From Utricularia gibba (taxonomy: Eukaryota > Plantae > Magnoliophyta): 64,000 nt of DNA. The stretch is from positions 3,782,001 through 3,846,000 of the forward strand of contig CM007992.1 of assembly GCA_002189035.1 (NCBI GenBank), read 5' to 3'. This document shows, one piece after another, positions 36,986-49,776 of the stretch. The notes beneath the pieces are model-generated. The model was given only the letters and a program-made list of their open reading frames with translations. It was not told where the DNA came from and did not search any database. Numbering within the stretch: position 1 is the first letter of the stretch; every line of letters starts with the position of its first letter. The position numbers and the translations under genes were made by a program.

Positions 36986-38653
36986 CTACTTATTATCAAG
37001 TGGACGCGGAATTCCACCTTCCTCATGTCCCCTGCTGGGAGTCAGAGATTTGGTGATGAAATGAACCAGAACTCCAATAGGGCAGAACAGAAGGCAAAGC
37101 GTGATCGAATGCCTCATCTCCAAATTGTTCTTCAACCCGTCAAAGTAAATCTGCCTGTTTTCACAGATACAACAAACACAATTCTCATGTACATGCATTT
37201 GAAAGACATTTTACCTAATTACTGGGATGTATTTTGCATGTTTCACCTTGCTGCAAAAAGATCGATGGCTAGCAGATGAATCCAAGCTGAACTCAATGTC
37301 ATCTCACTCGAAAACAACTTCCCTATACCCGAAAGCTAAACGAACATGGGCATTTGGGTCAAATTAGTCGCTTCAGCCATAAGAAACACACGAATCACAC
37401 GGAAAAAACACACCTCTGGGAGCCAGTATTCATTGGCAAACATCAGGTGCATGGTTTCAGGGGTCCATGACTGATAAAGCAGAAAGGCATAAAGTAATCC
37501 GAGAGCAATGTAAGGAATGCTGTTTGCCATTAATTTCTTAGTCTGCACAAGACAATTTTCCCGGGAATTGAGAGATTAAACAGATAAATCTCTAAACACT
37601 TCAATCTAATGCCTGAAGGAATGAACAAGAATTTCGGAAGGATCAATAAATGAACAAGATTTGAAGGAAAGGCTCATAAAAACGAATATGCAAGGTAAAC
37701 ACTCTCTTACAAATTCACACTTGGGAGCCACAACCATAGCAGTGTAAAATGGAAGAACAGCGACAGTTCCAACGGTAAACGCACTGCTAGCAATCTGTGA
37801 ACTTGCAAGCCCTGCGGACACACATCATACAGAGTAAATTAACAAATAGGAAACCACTGGACAACTCATCAGGTGTTCTCAACAGAAATGCCACATTTTA
37901 CAGCCTGGTAAAAGCCGTAAGATTGGAAAGCTTTCAGCCCCAAACGACTACCAGCATAAACATGTGCTCTTACAAATATGCCTCCCGCACATTTTTTGCA
38001 GGATGTTATCAAGTATCTGACAAGGATATTAAAGGTGCTAGAATGCCTGGTTAAACACTTAAAGAACATCATAGGGTATTACATGAAGCAGATACAACTG
38101 AGTTCCGTCTGTACAGAGAGCCACTTCCAGGGTTTGGTTGACTGGGGATTCTAGGAACCCCAACAAAGCCAGGAATGTGGTTCATTTTTATCCCAGTGAA
38201 TGCTAGGCCAAAGAAGTCGGATTTCTTCATGCCTTGGCCAGCAGCATGCCCATGTATCTGACACAAGGCAATGTTGTTGGAAGGGTTGCAGGACAATCTT
38301 GGGCGCTCACTCTACCATGTGGATAAAAAGAGAAGATCAGTCATCAAAGTACTTCCAGAGGTCACCAAGATGACTTACCATATGAAAAAATTAAGGAAAC
38401 CATGTTAGAACATAATATGGTCCTGAACAAAACTGTGATTTTCCAAAACAACCTACCGGCGTTCAAAGCACAAGACTGATATCATTAAAAAAAAAAAAAA
38501 AAAAAAAAACCAACAGCAGTAGAATCAGAAATTCATGCTTGATGTACGGGCCCAACGTCGAAACCCATAAAAAATAAGGGTTTCAGAAAAGGTCCCCCTT
38601 ACCTGGTAAGCGACACAGATCCTTGGAGTAAAAAGATGAGAGAATAACGCCAT
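36986..38653 (-). CDS. ABA4: ABA DEFICIENT 4 (neoxanthin biosynthesis), chloroplastic
   Basis: [26 protein letters not shown]; [23 protein letters not shown]; [23 protein letters not shown]|QIYFDGL...[14 protein letters not shown]. Confidence 0.9.
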
Positions 38654-39622
38654 TCAGCCAACGCCAGAAAAAACTTGTACAGGAACTGCAGGGTACTGCG
38701 CCCCAAGTGGAGGTTAAAGTAAGGATCTTGATTGAGTTCCTCCGTCAAGAAGCGTGCTGGAAGGTTGAGGTAGTTACACGGGAAGAGTTGTTAAAAAGCA
38801 ACTAAGTGGGAAGGCGACCGTTAATTCGGAAGGCAAATCTAGCGAAGCAATGATGTTGGACAAGGACGATGGTACTCCAACACATCCCATTCTTTGCTTT
38901 ATCGAGCGAGCAGAGAAGCGTAGTTGAGACCTCGTGGTCACACATGGAATGGAAGACTTCCATGGCCGCCCCACCTTCACCTCGCCTGCGCAGAAAGTAG
39001 AGTAGTGGACGGACATTGATGAGTGTTTGAAGTTAATTGTTAGGTTTACTGCTAATGCGATTGGAATTTAAGTAATTGGCAACTTGGTCAAACTTTTTCC
39101 CACGCTAACCATCCACACTCCATTCAGAGAGAAATCTGGAGAGAACATGTCCAGAATCTGAACCGTCCAATCATCCAGAGAGAAATCAGCATTCAAAACT
39201 TCACATCTGGGAAATCTCTGGAGCGTGCTCCGCCTCTACTTCTGTGTATGTGACCGTTGTAACATCAAAATTCCTTTTTTTTTCACATCTCAGATAATTC
39301 TTTCAGGACCGCACAAATTGTAGAAAAATAGGTAGTCCAGGATTCCGTTGATGGGAGCTACACAGCAACCATGAGGAGTTGTGTATGAATGGATCATAGG
39401 CAAAATTCAGTAAAGCGCAATGTGGAAGAAGATACATGAAAGGGATGTCTTTTGAGGGGAAATAAAATTGTTATTACACAAAACAAACACAGCACCGAAC
39501 TCGAAAAAAAAAACAAAATGGTGAGAATCAAGCAACGAGTCTCAGCCAAAAAACACAACACCAAAGGAACATAAGGAAACTCTTATTGAGCCAACAGGAA
39601 GAGTGTGCTGGTTCGTGGATGC

Positions 39623-40472
39623 TTAGGTAGATGCGGGCTTGTACGCGATGAAACTGCAGATCTGGACTTGGCGCAAGTTATCGAATCCAATGACTCGGAT
39701 ATGAGCATCGGGGTGTTCCTTCTTTGCCTCCTCCAGCTCGGCCAGCACCTGGGACGGGTCTGTGCACCCGAACATGGGCAGCTTCCACATCGTCCAGTAC
39801 CTCCCATCGTAGTACCCAGGAGAGCTATGGTTCTCACGGTACACAAATGCCGCCTGCCAAAAACCCAAAAGGAAGATGATGATGATCATAGTGGGCTCAC
39901 ACAACGTTTCTTCTAGATGTTGCAACCGTTTTTAAGAATAACACTCCAAGAAAACATTTTTCCCCTCTGTAAACACTCACATAGATAATAGTGTGGCTAA
40001 AACAGAAACTATTAACATTTTCCCACTTCGCAACAAATATGTAAGGCGAAGATGCGGGAGTGAAAACGAAGGCGCAAAGATCGAACCCCGAGTGTGAATT
40101 CGAGGCAAGGAATGAGCTTCAAACGGAGAAGGTAATCAATTTGCTTCGCGAGTTGGTCTGAGGTAAGCTCAGGGAGGTAAGACAGAGTCTCGAACTTCTT
40201 AGCCCCAACAGTCGGCCACACCTGAAAACCCAATTAAACGGATATATTTAAAATTATCACATCACACACAGAGAGAAGGCATGGACAATTTAAAAAGTTC
40301 CGACCTTCATGCATTGCACTCTTCCTCCGTTGCTGGGGAGGGAGGCGAATTCAACGGACTTCCTGGTCACAGGGAAGGAGGTGGCGACGGATTTGAGACC
40401 GGTGAAGGGGGCCACCATGTTGGCCTGGGCGGCAGGTGTGGCAACGGCGGAGGAAAACATGGAAGAGGCCAT
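39623..40472 (-). CDS. RBCS: Rubisco small subunit, 3 exons
   Basis: Transit peptide ...SNGGRVQCM; [10 protein letters not shown]; [22 protein letters not shown]; [10 protein letters not shown]. Confidence 0.97.
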
Positions 40473-40549
40473 CGGCTAAGGCGCTGTGAATTGTGTGTTC
40501 CTCTGCTCTACTACCACTGCAGTATCTTTTTTTATTCACAAGGTGTTCA

Positions 40550-40680
40550 TGTGTATATAAAGTTGGATCCTTGCCGTCATTTTGGGAATTGGATTGGCAT
40601 CGTGTGGCTCATAGAGGAGAAGAGCAGAGCCTTATCGTCAAGAAACAACCACACACCAAAACACGTCTTATCCGATAAAG
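40550..40680 (-). promoter_or_regulatory. RBCS light-responsive promoter: TATA, CCAAT, two I-boxes flanking an ACGT core
   Basis: TATATA ~40554-40559, CCAAT ~40593-40597, GATAAG at 40631-40636 and 40667-40672, ACACGTC at 40661-40667. Confidence 0.6.
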
Positions 40681-41798
40681 GAGGGTCACAAAACTTGCTT
40701 GCGCTAGCCTCCAAGACGTTTATTATGCTCGCTGCTCAGTCTCATCCTCCATGCCTTTTCAGGACCATACCATCCGAATGCATTTGAAACAATCACTTCA
40801 AAATATAAACTCCCCAAATGCTCCGAAAACAATATCCGCTGCAATTCAGTTCAGCTGTCTCACAGCGCACTGGGCCTAGTGTAATGACAAACCATTCAAG
40901 GCCCATGTGAGTCGCACGTTAGCTCCAGAAAGCGAAAATGACCTTGAGGAATTGTGCTTTTCCCATGAGCTTGGTTTATGTTATTGGACTTCAAACATCT
41001 ACAATAGTTGAACAAATTACGTATTCTACGAAAGCTTCAATCAACCAGGTCCTTGTGCTAACAAGCGAACGGAGAGTCTCTTACTTGGGTGTGCCTTTTG
41101 ACTTTCAGTGTGAATCATATGCGCAGTAGTTGGTCCCTGGCCCATGTTCGTGGTCGGGGCAAGCTCGGAAATCAAGTTTGTTTGGTTCATCCAACAGTTG
41201 GTCCACGCTCTAAACTCCCGAGCACAGAGGTAAAAATGAAGAACTGGAGCCCACCCAGCTCACACTCAAATTTAATTTTTCCATGCAATATGCACACAGC
41301 ATGTCGATATGCATTCCCTGCCATGGATGAGCGATCATTAGAGAATAGTAAATCCATCTTGCGTTTCATTATTATGCATCAAATTGCGCTACAAGACACT
41401 CGTATAATACCCCTTTCTAACTTGAATTTGATTAGGTTTAAAAATATGAAATCAATCCAAACTTCATACATAGAGCGGATTTAGGTGGATTTTTCCGATA
41501 CACATGTGAACGACAACAAGGGCCTTTTATGACAAGTATACTTATTGTTCCACCGCTTTAGAAGCCGCACCTAACCAACCCATACGGCTGAGTGAGATGC
41601 CTTATATCATCGCCGAATTCCCAGGGAATTTGTGAACAATCCATCTACACACCGAGCGATACTTTCGCTTCATTATTTCATTCCGGACGGGACAGACGAA
41701 ACTTTGGAGTAAATGCAGCACGACTGCTTCATCATTTTTCTTTTTTACCTTTTACTCCCGTACCCAGAAAATACGGACAGAAATGGCAGTTCCATGCT

Positions 41799-43286
41799 CT
41801 ACAGCTTGACAACTTCAGGGATGAAAACGGGGTATCTCTCGATGCAATCGACCCAGGGGCTATCCTCCGGGCATTTTTTTACAGTCCTGTTGCATTTCCA
41901 AACTGCGCTGTTACACTTGGAATCCACTCCCGAACGCAATCTGCCATACTCTGTCACCTTTCTTCATCCTCCCTTTAGCTTCAATGTAAGCGATTTCGTA
42001 CCAGAGTGAAGACGAAGACGTGTTTCCAAAGCGGTGAAGCGTCATGCGAGATGCCTCAACGTGTTCCGCAGAAAGCTGGAGACTCTTCTGCAATTCGTCA
42101 ATCACAGCACGACCTCCGGCGTGGATGCAAAAGTGTTCGAAAGCTAGTTTGAAATCGGGTATGTAGGGCTTCCACTTGGGATTGAAAATCTTCCTTCCAA
42201 TTAGTGTTAACAGAAACAGGAGCTGCTCTGACGCCGGGAGAACTAAAGGCCCGATGGTGGTGATGTTGGATTTCAGGGCTTCTCCGGCGATAACCATCAA
42301 ATCTTTAGACAGATCTATGCCAACCTTACCCTGAGGATCTTCTTGTTCGTAAACGCATTTGTAAGCTTTGTCCTCCGAGCCTTTATGGGTTCGGACGACG
42401 TGGACGAGCTTGTATTTGGCACGGCGGCTGTGGCGGCGTTTATTGGAGAGGAGAACTGCGGCGCCGCCCATTCTGAAGAGACAGTTGGGGAGGAGCATTG
42501 CCCTCTCCGATCCCCTGTAGTAGTTGGGGGTGATGATCTCGGTACTCACGACCAGCGCATTGGAATCGGGATGAACCTGGAGCAAATCCCTGGCCAAATC
42601 AATGGAAATCAAGCCTGCGCTGCACCCATGCCTGAAAGATTGAAGCTTTTGATATTGCTCCTGAGCTTGTACTTATTGACCACCATTGCTGAAAAGGATG
42701 GAGTGGGTGAAAACAGACTGCAATTGACGATCAGAATATCGATATCCTTAGGCTTGATTCCAGTTTTGGTCATCAAGGCGTCGATGGAGGAAAAGATCAC
42801 CTCCTCCGCTTCGCTCCTAGCGGCCTCCATAGTGGGCGTGGGAGGAATAAAATGAATAGCAGGGGGTAAACATGTTTCTTCCCCAAGACCCGATCTTTCG
42901 AGAATTCTCATCTGGAACTCGACGCTTTTGGGATTGTCCTTGAGAATCAAGCGGGAATGCTCCATAAATGTTGAGAAGGGAACTCTGCAGGTGACCGGGG
43001 GCTTGTAGCAGGTGTAATCAACTAGGTAAATGGAGCGTGGCTTCGACATGAAGTAGATGGTGGGGATGATGATGGCTAAGAAAACAGAAGAGAGAAGCAC
43101 GACAAGGTCCATGCTAAGGAAACTCCAAATCTTGGTAAGTATCTCGTCGGGGTTGTGGAAGAGCTGTGGAGCTACGGCTACGACGATGGGTATGAGTAGC
43201 AAGGTGAGGAAGTTGTTGACGGTGTACTGGTATCCCAGCTTCACGTACTTGAGGTGCTTAGCTACTGGCCGCGTCGGCGTCGGCAT
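41799..43286 (-). CDS. KCS6: 3-ketoacyl-CoA synthase, KCS6/CER6(CUT1)-like; two apparent single-base indels
   Basis: [10 protein letters not shown] start, [23 protein letters not shown](C)[40 protein letters not shown]-terminal [16 protein letters not shown]. Indels at ~42626 (-1) and ~41919 (+1). Confidence 0.88.
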
Positions 43287-45284
43287 CTTGTTCCGGTTGT
43301 ATGCGTGTGCTGTATGAATTTGGATTTCGAAAGAGAGTTGGGGGAAGGGAGATGAATTTAAAGACGGGGGAAAGAAACAGGGAAGAAGGCGGATTGTGGT
43401 GCGCTGGTGCGGGTGCGGGTGGTGTTGACAGAGGAGCAGCATTCAATGACACAGGTGAGGAGTTTAATGAACCGGCGCCTCAACAGTCGCTTCGCTTCGC
43501 TTCCCTTCCCCTCCCCTTAGCTGGACTGGTACTGCACCGGCTAACTGGACTAGACTTTTTTTATCTTCTATTTTTCCAAAAAGAATTCACACGCAAAAAA
43601 GGAGGGGATATTTAAGTAGTGTTCATTAATATTTATTCGCATTATTTATACTTTCCGAAAAATATAAAATATAAGTAAAAATAATTTATAAAAATAGATA
43701 TCTTACTATTTTTAATTATTACTGTTCATATAACTTGATTTTAAAAAGATTTTTACTATAATTAAAAATAAAAATTGATTATATTTCGTGAGCAAATTAT
43801 TTTTATTATTTCAAAAATAGAAATAATTAGGAAAAATATTTCGAATTGTGTGAAGCTTGTGGAGACAAGTGATGAACTTAATGGTTATAGTGTGGTCGGC
43901 GACAAGAAGATGAATCACTGGGGAGCGCCCGTAAATCAACGAGTTGTTAGTGAGCGTTCCTTCACTGTGGAACCGTTACAATTATTTCATTCTGATATGC
44001 CGAAAATCTCATTCATTCAAAAACTATGAGGTATACTGCTGTAGACAATGTGGGGGCATCATCACTCGAGTCGAGGAGTAGTTATCGACAATTATGGCAG
44101 ATATTGGGGATTCGGGAAAACATTCCAAGGTCGGTTACCTTTTACTGCGTCTGACTGGATGTGGGTGTGGTTGTGCAATAAACTTAAGATTCTATTGCAA
44201 TTTGCAGTGCAACAGATCTAGAGAGAAAGCTCCACATTTGACTGCAACTAATTCATCTAGCCTAGACTAGAATGTGCGGTGAAAAGGATGGATGGGCCGC
44301 GGAGAGTCATCCGATTCTACAAACGCGTTTTTTCTTTTATTGCGAGTTTATTTATTTCGGAAGAAGGAGATTCGATCACGTCATGTGGTGACTGGTGTGT
44401 GTACATGGGCTGGGATGGATGGGTTACAAAATCACGGTTTTACTGATTGATTTGAGTTGCGCCGAGTGTCCAGTGGTGCCCTCCGTCAATTTTGAACTTG
44501 GTCTGGGTCTTTCAAGCTAAGAATGTTGTCAAGGCGCAAGAATACAGAAAGCCATTCCTGCCTGCAGTGCATGTGCCATTGTTGACTTGGATGCGTAATT
44601 TGGGATGGGGTCTTGCTCTAACGGAAATATCAGAGCAAGATTGAAATATAGGTTAGTAAAGTTACGGGGACATGTGTTCCAGCGGATACCGTGACTGGTT
44701 AAGGCCAGCCGATGACGGAAGGTGGAATGCCAATTTGTGGGTGGATGGGAGTTGTTGGGTTGACTCTAGGAAGACCGTTTTCTCTGTCTTGGAAACTCAG
44801 GATTCCAATATGGACCCACGTCTCCTTGATATGTGTGGTGTGAACTCTACTCTACCCAATTCAAGAGCTCGGTCCCAGGCCACGCCACGCCCGAGACAGA
44901 GGAGTCTTTGAGGAGAAACACAAACTATTATGTGTCCATTGACACGCACACGCTGCCAGTGCCTGTGGAGGAAAAGGATGGGTTTGTGTCTGAGCTTGAT
45001 AAAACTCAACGTGCAACAGCCAGCCACCAGCCAGCATGTGGGTGACTGCTGCTCCGCCGTCCTTCTGCCAGAAAATATTAACTGTGCATGGTGACACCTT
45101 ACGTTCCATCTCCACATGCTTCTCTATTTCAATAAAGTCATATGGACCTATCTTCCTCAATCACCTATTCCTGTGGAATCTATCTATATCACATGATGTT
45201 TTCGTTTGGCTAATGTTGGGGTAGGAGGTGCGCATTTTTTCTTCAACAACTTCGGTACTTCAGTATTTCGCCAGTACAAATATT

Positions 45285-45306
45285 CCCCCCCCCCCCCCCC
45301 CCCCCC
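45285..45306. repeat. Poly-C (22 nt) tract followed by an A run
   Basis: Directly visible; length may be imprecise in the assembly. Confidence 0.8.
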
Positions 45307-46078
45307 ACCACCAAAAAAAAAAGCATTTACATAGACAGGAATGGAATTGGATTCTTCACCACTAACTGCATGCCTTTGGGCAAACCTTGATCTTGAATAT
45401 CGATGATCATTTATTTTTTTTTATCCTTATTCTAATCATAGTTTTCTTTTGCGCTTCAAAACTCATAAGAATTGAATATTTGTCCAAACAAAGTGTTGAA
45501 TCTTACGGGATACTTTACTGCCTTGGCAAGCCAATGATACTTCCTCAAGGTAAAGAAACTCAACCAAGTAGTCGCCGAGTATTGAGGAATGAGTATGCGA
45601 ATATTTTCTCAATGGTAGATGATGGAGATTTGCACCTGGGGAGGTCAATAAGAGATGGTTTGATTTCAACAAGTAGAAAAGGCCATTGATAAAGTTGCTT
45701 GTTCTATATTACACCGTCAAAGGCTTACAGCGTCAGATTGGTTTTGTTTTGTTACAGGGGAAAAAGGACCAGTCGCAGGTCAGGGGAGCCACTGGGCATA
45801 CACACTACCTGCTCTGTTTTGGAGGGGGAATATTTTCCTACCTTTGAGCTAACTCAAAGTTGGCTGCATGTGAACTCGGTGAATACTATCGCCCACTGCA
45901 TGGGTGTGGTCGTTTTTCCTTCTTCTTCGCACCATTACTTTTTTACATTAAAGATGAGGGGAATCATATTAGTGAGTAGCGCCGCTCAACGCATCGATAT
46001 TAGGAAAATTTAGTGACAGGGTGAAGGTGTTGTGGTAACCAGAATGAGTAAGTGATGTGACTGGGAATGCAGAGTTCC

Positions 46079-47759
46079 CTAGTTCATACAATGTTCTTTC
46101 TTCACTGGAGCAGCCATTGGCGTGGTAAAGGATAGTGTAGTAGTCTTGGAATTTGGTTTGACCTTGTTTGCCCTCCTCCAAAGGATGCTGAGTGATAAAC
46201 AGCCCCACTTGCCGCTGCACTTGCTCCTCGGCAGCTTTGCTCCCTTTTGTCTAGTTTCTTTCAATTCCACCTGCAGCACCCCTTTTTCCTACATCATGAT
46301 GTTTTCAAGATACAGAAAATAAGTTTTGAATTGTCATTGGTGTGAACCATCGTCCTTAAGCTGGTTGGAAGGGTGTGTGGATGATCCTGGGGAAACTGAG
46401 GGAAATGAAACATAAACAAAAGTTTACAGGGGACCGTTTCCAAAATGCAGAAAAATATAAATTGAGAAACAGCTACTTCTCAACATCTTTCATTTCTTAA
46501 TGTATTTATGACTAGTTTTTGGACCTCTGCAGAATTTGATAATGAGTTGCCTTCGTTAAACCCCCTCTATCAACCAAGATGAAGACAGCGGCCAGAGAAT
46601 ACACATGGAGCACATGCAACTCAGACCTACGCACCACCTCAAATTCGTTGGCTTAATAAAGCTGTTGGAGCATGGGAAAGATACTTTTGAACTACATTAA
46701 TCCGTTCCTCGATGATTTATTAATGGGTTTTTCGATCACCTATTTAGTAAGAGGGGTGGGGTGGGGTGGGGGCTGTGTTTTTTTTTTTCTACCTGTGTCC
46801 TTGAGCCCAGGTCTTCACTGCGAGGGGATTCCTTCACATATTCATCTACCCTGGCTGGTTTTTCGTCAAATGGAGGACGACTCACAGACTCGTTGGGAAA
46901 TGGTTTTACCGGTGTGCTTTGAGTTCCCACGTCCCTAGCTTCACCCCTTTTCTTCACTGCACATTATCATCGTATATGAAAATAGTTCCCAGTGAGGAGT
47001 TGCAAATGAAGTAAAGAAAGGTGACATTTTCGAAACCATGGGTCATGAGTTGGACTTGAGTTTCACGCTTGTTGATGGGGGAGTTGGCGAGAAGCTTTCC
47101 TTGCAACTGCGAAGGATAAACTAAGGGAGCTGACATCATGATTCTGCTGCTATGGAACGATCTTGCACTCAGCGTTTTGGCCGATAAACATTCAACAGGA
47201 AATTTTCCAGACAAGGGATTGCAAATGTACTTCTCAGCTTCTTCCCACTTGGAATTGAGAGAGACTCCATCTAAACATTCCCATGTTTGCATCATCGTTT
47301 TAGCTTGTAAGGCTGGAATTGGCCACGAAAACAAGTTCTTTTACCTTCTCTAGACAGAAAAATACCAGGATTGCTTGTGAAATATGAAAACTGCAATCTC
47401 TAACCTTTCAAAGCGGTGGTGAATGAATACGTTGAAGGGTCGATCTCTTCTGCACAAGAAATGGCAACTTGAGAAATCTATCGACTGTGCTTTGTGAAGC
47501 ATGAGTTGATAGATTGCACGTCCCTGTTAGAATAAAAGAACAGCAGCAGACCTTTATCTGTAAGAGTGTAGCCAGGAGAAGAAGCAGTGCTGGAAATAGT
47601 GATGTTGGATCTAAAAGACAATGAAGTGGATTCTTCTTTGAAACTCCTCAATTTGAAGGCTGAAAACCTCCTAGAGATGGTGTTTTCATGGCTAATTCGG
47701 GCCCTGAAACTCCAATCTTTCAGTGCCAATTCCTCGCGATGTCTTAAGGAGTTGGCCAT
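46079..47759 (-). CDS. Conserved uncharacterised plant protein, multi-exon
   Basis: SFRSNITISSTASSPGY|EEIDPSTYSFTTALK|ALQA...WECL...LNSKWEEAEKYICNPLSG.FP.ECLSAKTLS.RSF; RDVGTQSTP; C-terminal GCLS..W.R. Confidence 0.75.
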
Positions 47760-48798
47760 GGGGAAAGGGTTTTTTCCTCTTCTACTTGTTAATGAAATGG
47801 AAGAGGCAGAATTGAAACATGTGGCGATTGCAGTGCAGTATGATGATGATCAAGTTTGATATTTTGCGTACGAGACTAGCATTATGTTTGCTGAGCAATG
47901 GTCCCGGTTGGCGTTATGTGCATGTGAATATCGTTCTCAACTCAGCAGGGAAGTAGGCATAGTATTTTGTATTTAAATGACAAGGGTGAATCATTTCATT
48001 TGCTGGTCGTACAAGTGGCCTACACGAGAGTTACCCATCATGCTCCGTCGTAAAACAGTGTCCAGAGTCTAGTTGTCTCGACTCCATTGTGCTCACAACG
48101 CATCTGTTTGCTTGTTGGAAATCTTTGGATTTTAGTTGTCCCTGCTAAGCGATGTAATCAGCTATACCAGGCTGAAGGAGACGTTCTCCATGTATCAAAT
48201 CCGTGGAGATGAGCGTTGCGTTTTAACGCCATGCCGGTGGTTTTTCCCCAGTTCCTCAGAGGACACGGTCACCTTCAGTATATCATCCACAACCCGATAC
48301 ACCGCGCATATTGTCTCAATTTGACTAATCTACCGTCTTTTGCGCTCCCGAAGATGGTCCTGATCACGACGGAGACTTTCAACACCGCTGCTGCTTTGTG
48401 GAGATGGATAAACTCCAAATGGCCCAATCCCACATCGCCCATCCATTCAGAGCGTATATCCACAGTTAACAGTTTGTCCTGGAATCAAACCTGCCGCACC
48501 GATAGTGGCGGAGGCGACATGCTCGGGGGAGTACGCTGTCCCCTGCAAGAATAGCCACATCCAAAAGGGCTTCCCCTGCGAAGATCGTTTCACTAATAAT
48601 TTCTACCGAGAGTAGAAGCAAAATAGAGATAATAGTGAATTGGTTGATTCTCGTTTTGAAGACAATTACATCCAACAGGGGGATGGTTTAATATGAAACG
48701 GCGACCAAGAAGGCGTGCAATTTTTATTTAATTTCATTCACGGAATGAATCGAGATTTGATGATGATGATGATGCAGTGGCGTCCAAATCAAATCAAA

Positions 48799-49365
48799 TC
48801 AAATAAATTCTTGTGATCTGATGAAAATCTGCTTGTGGGGTGGTGTGATGAATGCTGAGAATGACCTGGATCTCAACCGGCACAGCCTTCTCTGATCCGG
48901 CGACCTCCTCTGCACGACCTCGACATCCCACAAGAGCTTTTCTCGAGATTTGGGGCGGTGGTAAATGTCATGGGTGATAGAGTTTCGCCACGGCGGAAGC
49001 CCACCGTTGGGGCGCAGGTAGTTTCCCCAAAATGATCTTAGCTTCACCTGCATTCCGTCCCTCAACGGGGTCCACTGGGTCGCAGGATCAGAGTAATACG
49101 GCGTCGTCGTCTGGTGGACCTTTTTGGCGGTGACCCCCGGCAGAAACGGAGAAGATGAGGCTGTTAAATAGGTTCCATGGCGACTCCTGAGACGAACGAC
49201 GTCATCGCTGCCATCCACCAGTTCCACCTGCCAAATGGAACGTTCCCTTGATCCCTCCTCGTCTTGTTCTTGGGTTGTTACCTCCTCAAGATCATTTCCA
49301 GCCACGAGGTACTTGTCCCGGTAGCTTATCAGCCGCACCGATTCCGCGTTACGGAATACATCCAT
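48799..49365 (-). CDS. DUF569 (actin cross-linking/fascin-like) protein
   Basis: MDVFRNAESVRLISYRDKYLVA...VRLRSRHGTYLTAS..PFLPG.T.KKVHQ...QW.P.RDG.QVKLRS.WGNYLRPNGGLPPWRNSITHD...LWDVEVV. Confidence 0.88.
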   Translation of the reverse strand: MDVFRNAESVRLISYRDKYLVAGNDLEEVTTQEQDEEGSRERSIWQVELVDGSDDVVRLRSRHGTYLTASSSPFLPGVTAKKVHQTTTPYYSDPATQWTPLRDGMQVKLRSFWGNYLRPNGGLPPWRNSITHDIYHRPKSREKLLWDVEVVQRRSPDQRRLCRLRSRSFSAFITPPHKQIFIRSQEFI

Positions 49366-49776
49366 CTCCACAAACACAAATGGGAGGAAAGGCAACAAAC
49401 AAACAAACTTATAATCTCGTTTGTTTCTCAACAAACAATTGTGAGCTAATTATAATCTTGAAAAGCATTTTTTTGATTCCGTATGCCACTAAATATACAC
49501 AATGTCACCTCGCATATTTCACAGACGGCGAAACCCAATTTAAGGGGCTGTGTTATGTTGCTTACCCATTGTCCCTGTGCCTTGCTTTTTCTTGCCCGTG
49601 AATGTGAAATTGGGAGCATTGAATTGGGTCAGAATCTATGGACTATCCCTCTCTCTCTCGCTTAACTATAGCTTTATTGCCTGGGAAGAGGATTTGGTGG
49701 CCGGTTCCTTGTGCGACTTGTGTATGCATGCCTATAAATTCTTGATTTCCAGGGATACGCATGGTTTGATTCGTTG

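Noticed and set aside
44672-45160. WLRPADDGRWNANLWVDGSC, resembling a LINE RNase H start
   Set aside because: Downstream RNase H motifs are absent and spacing is wrong; no RT remnant nearby.
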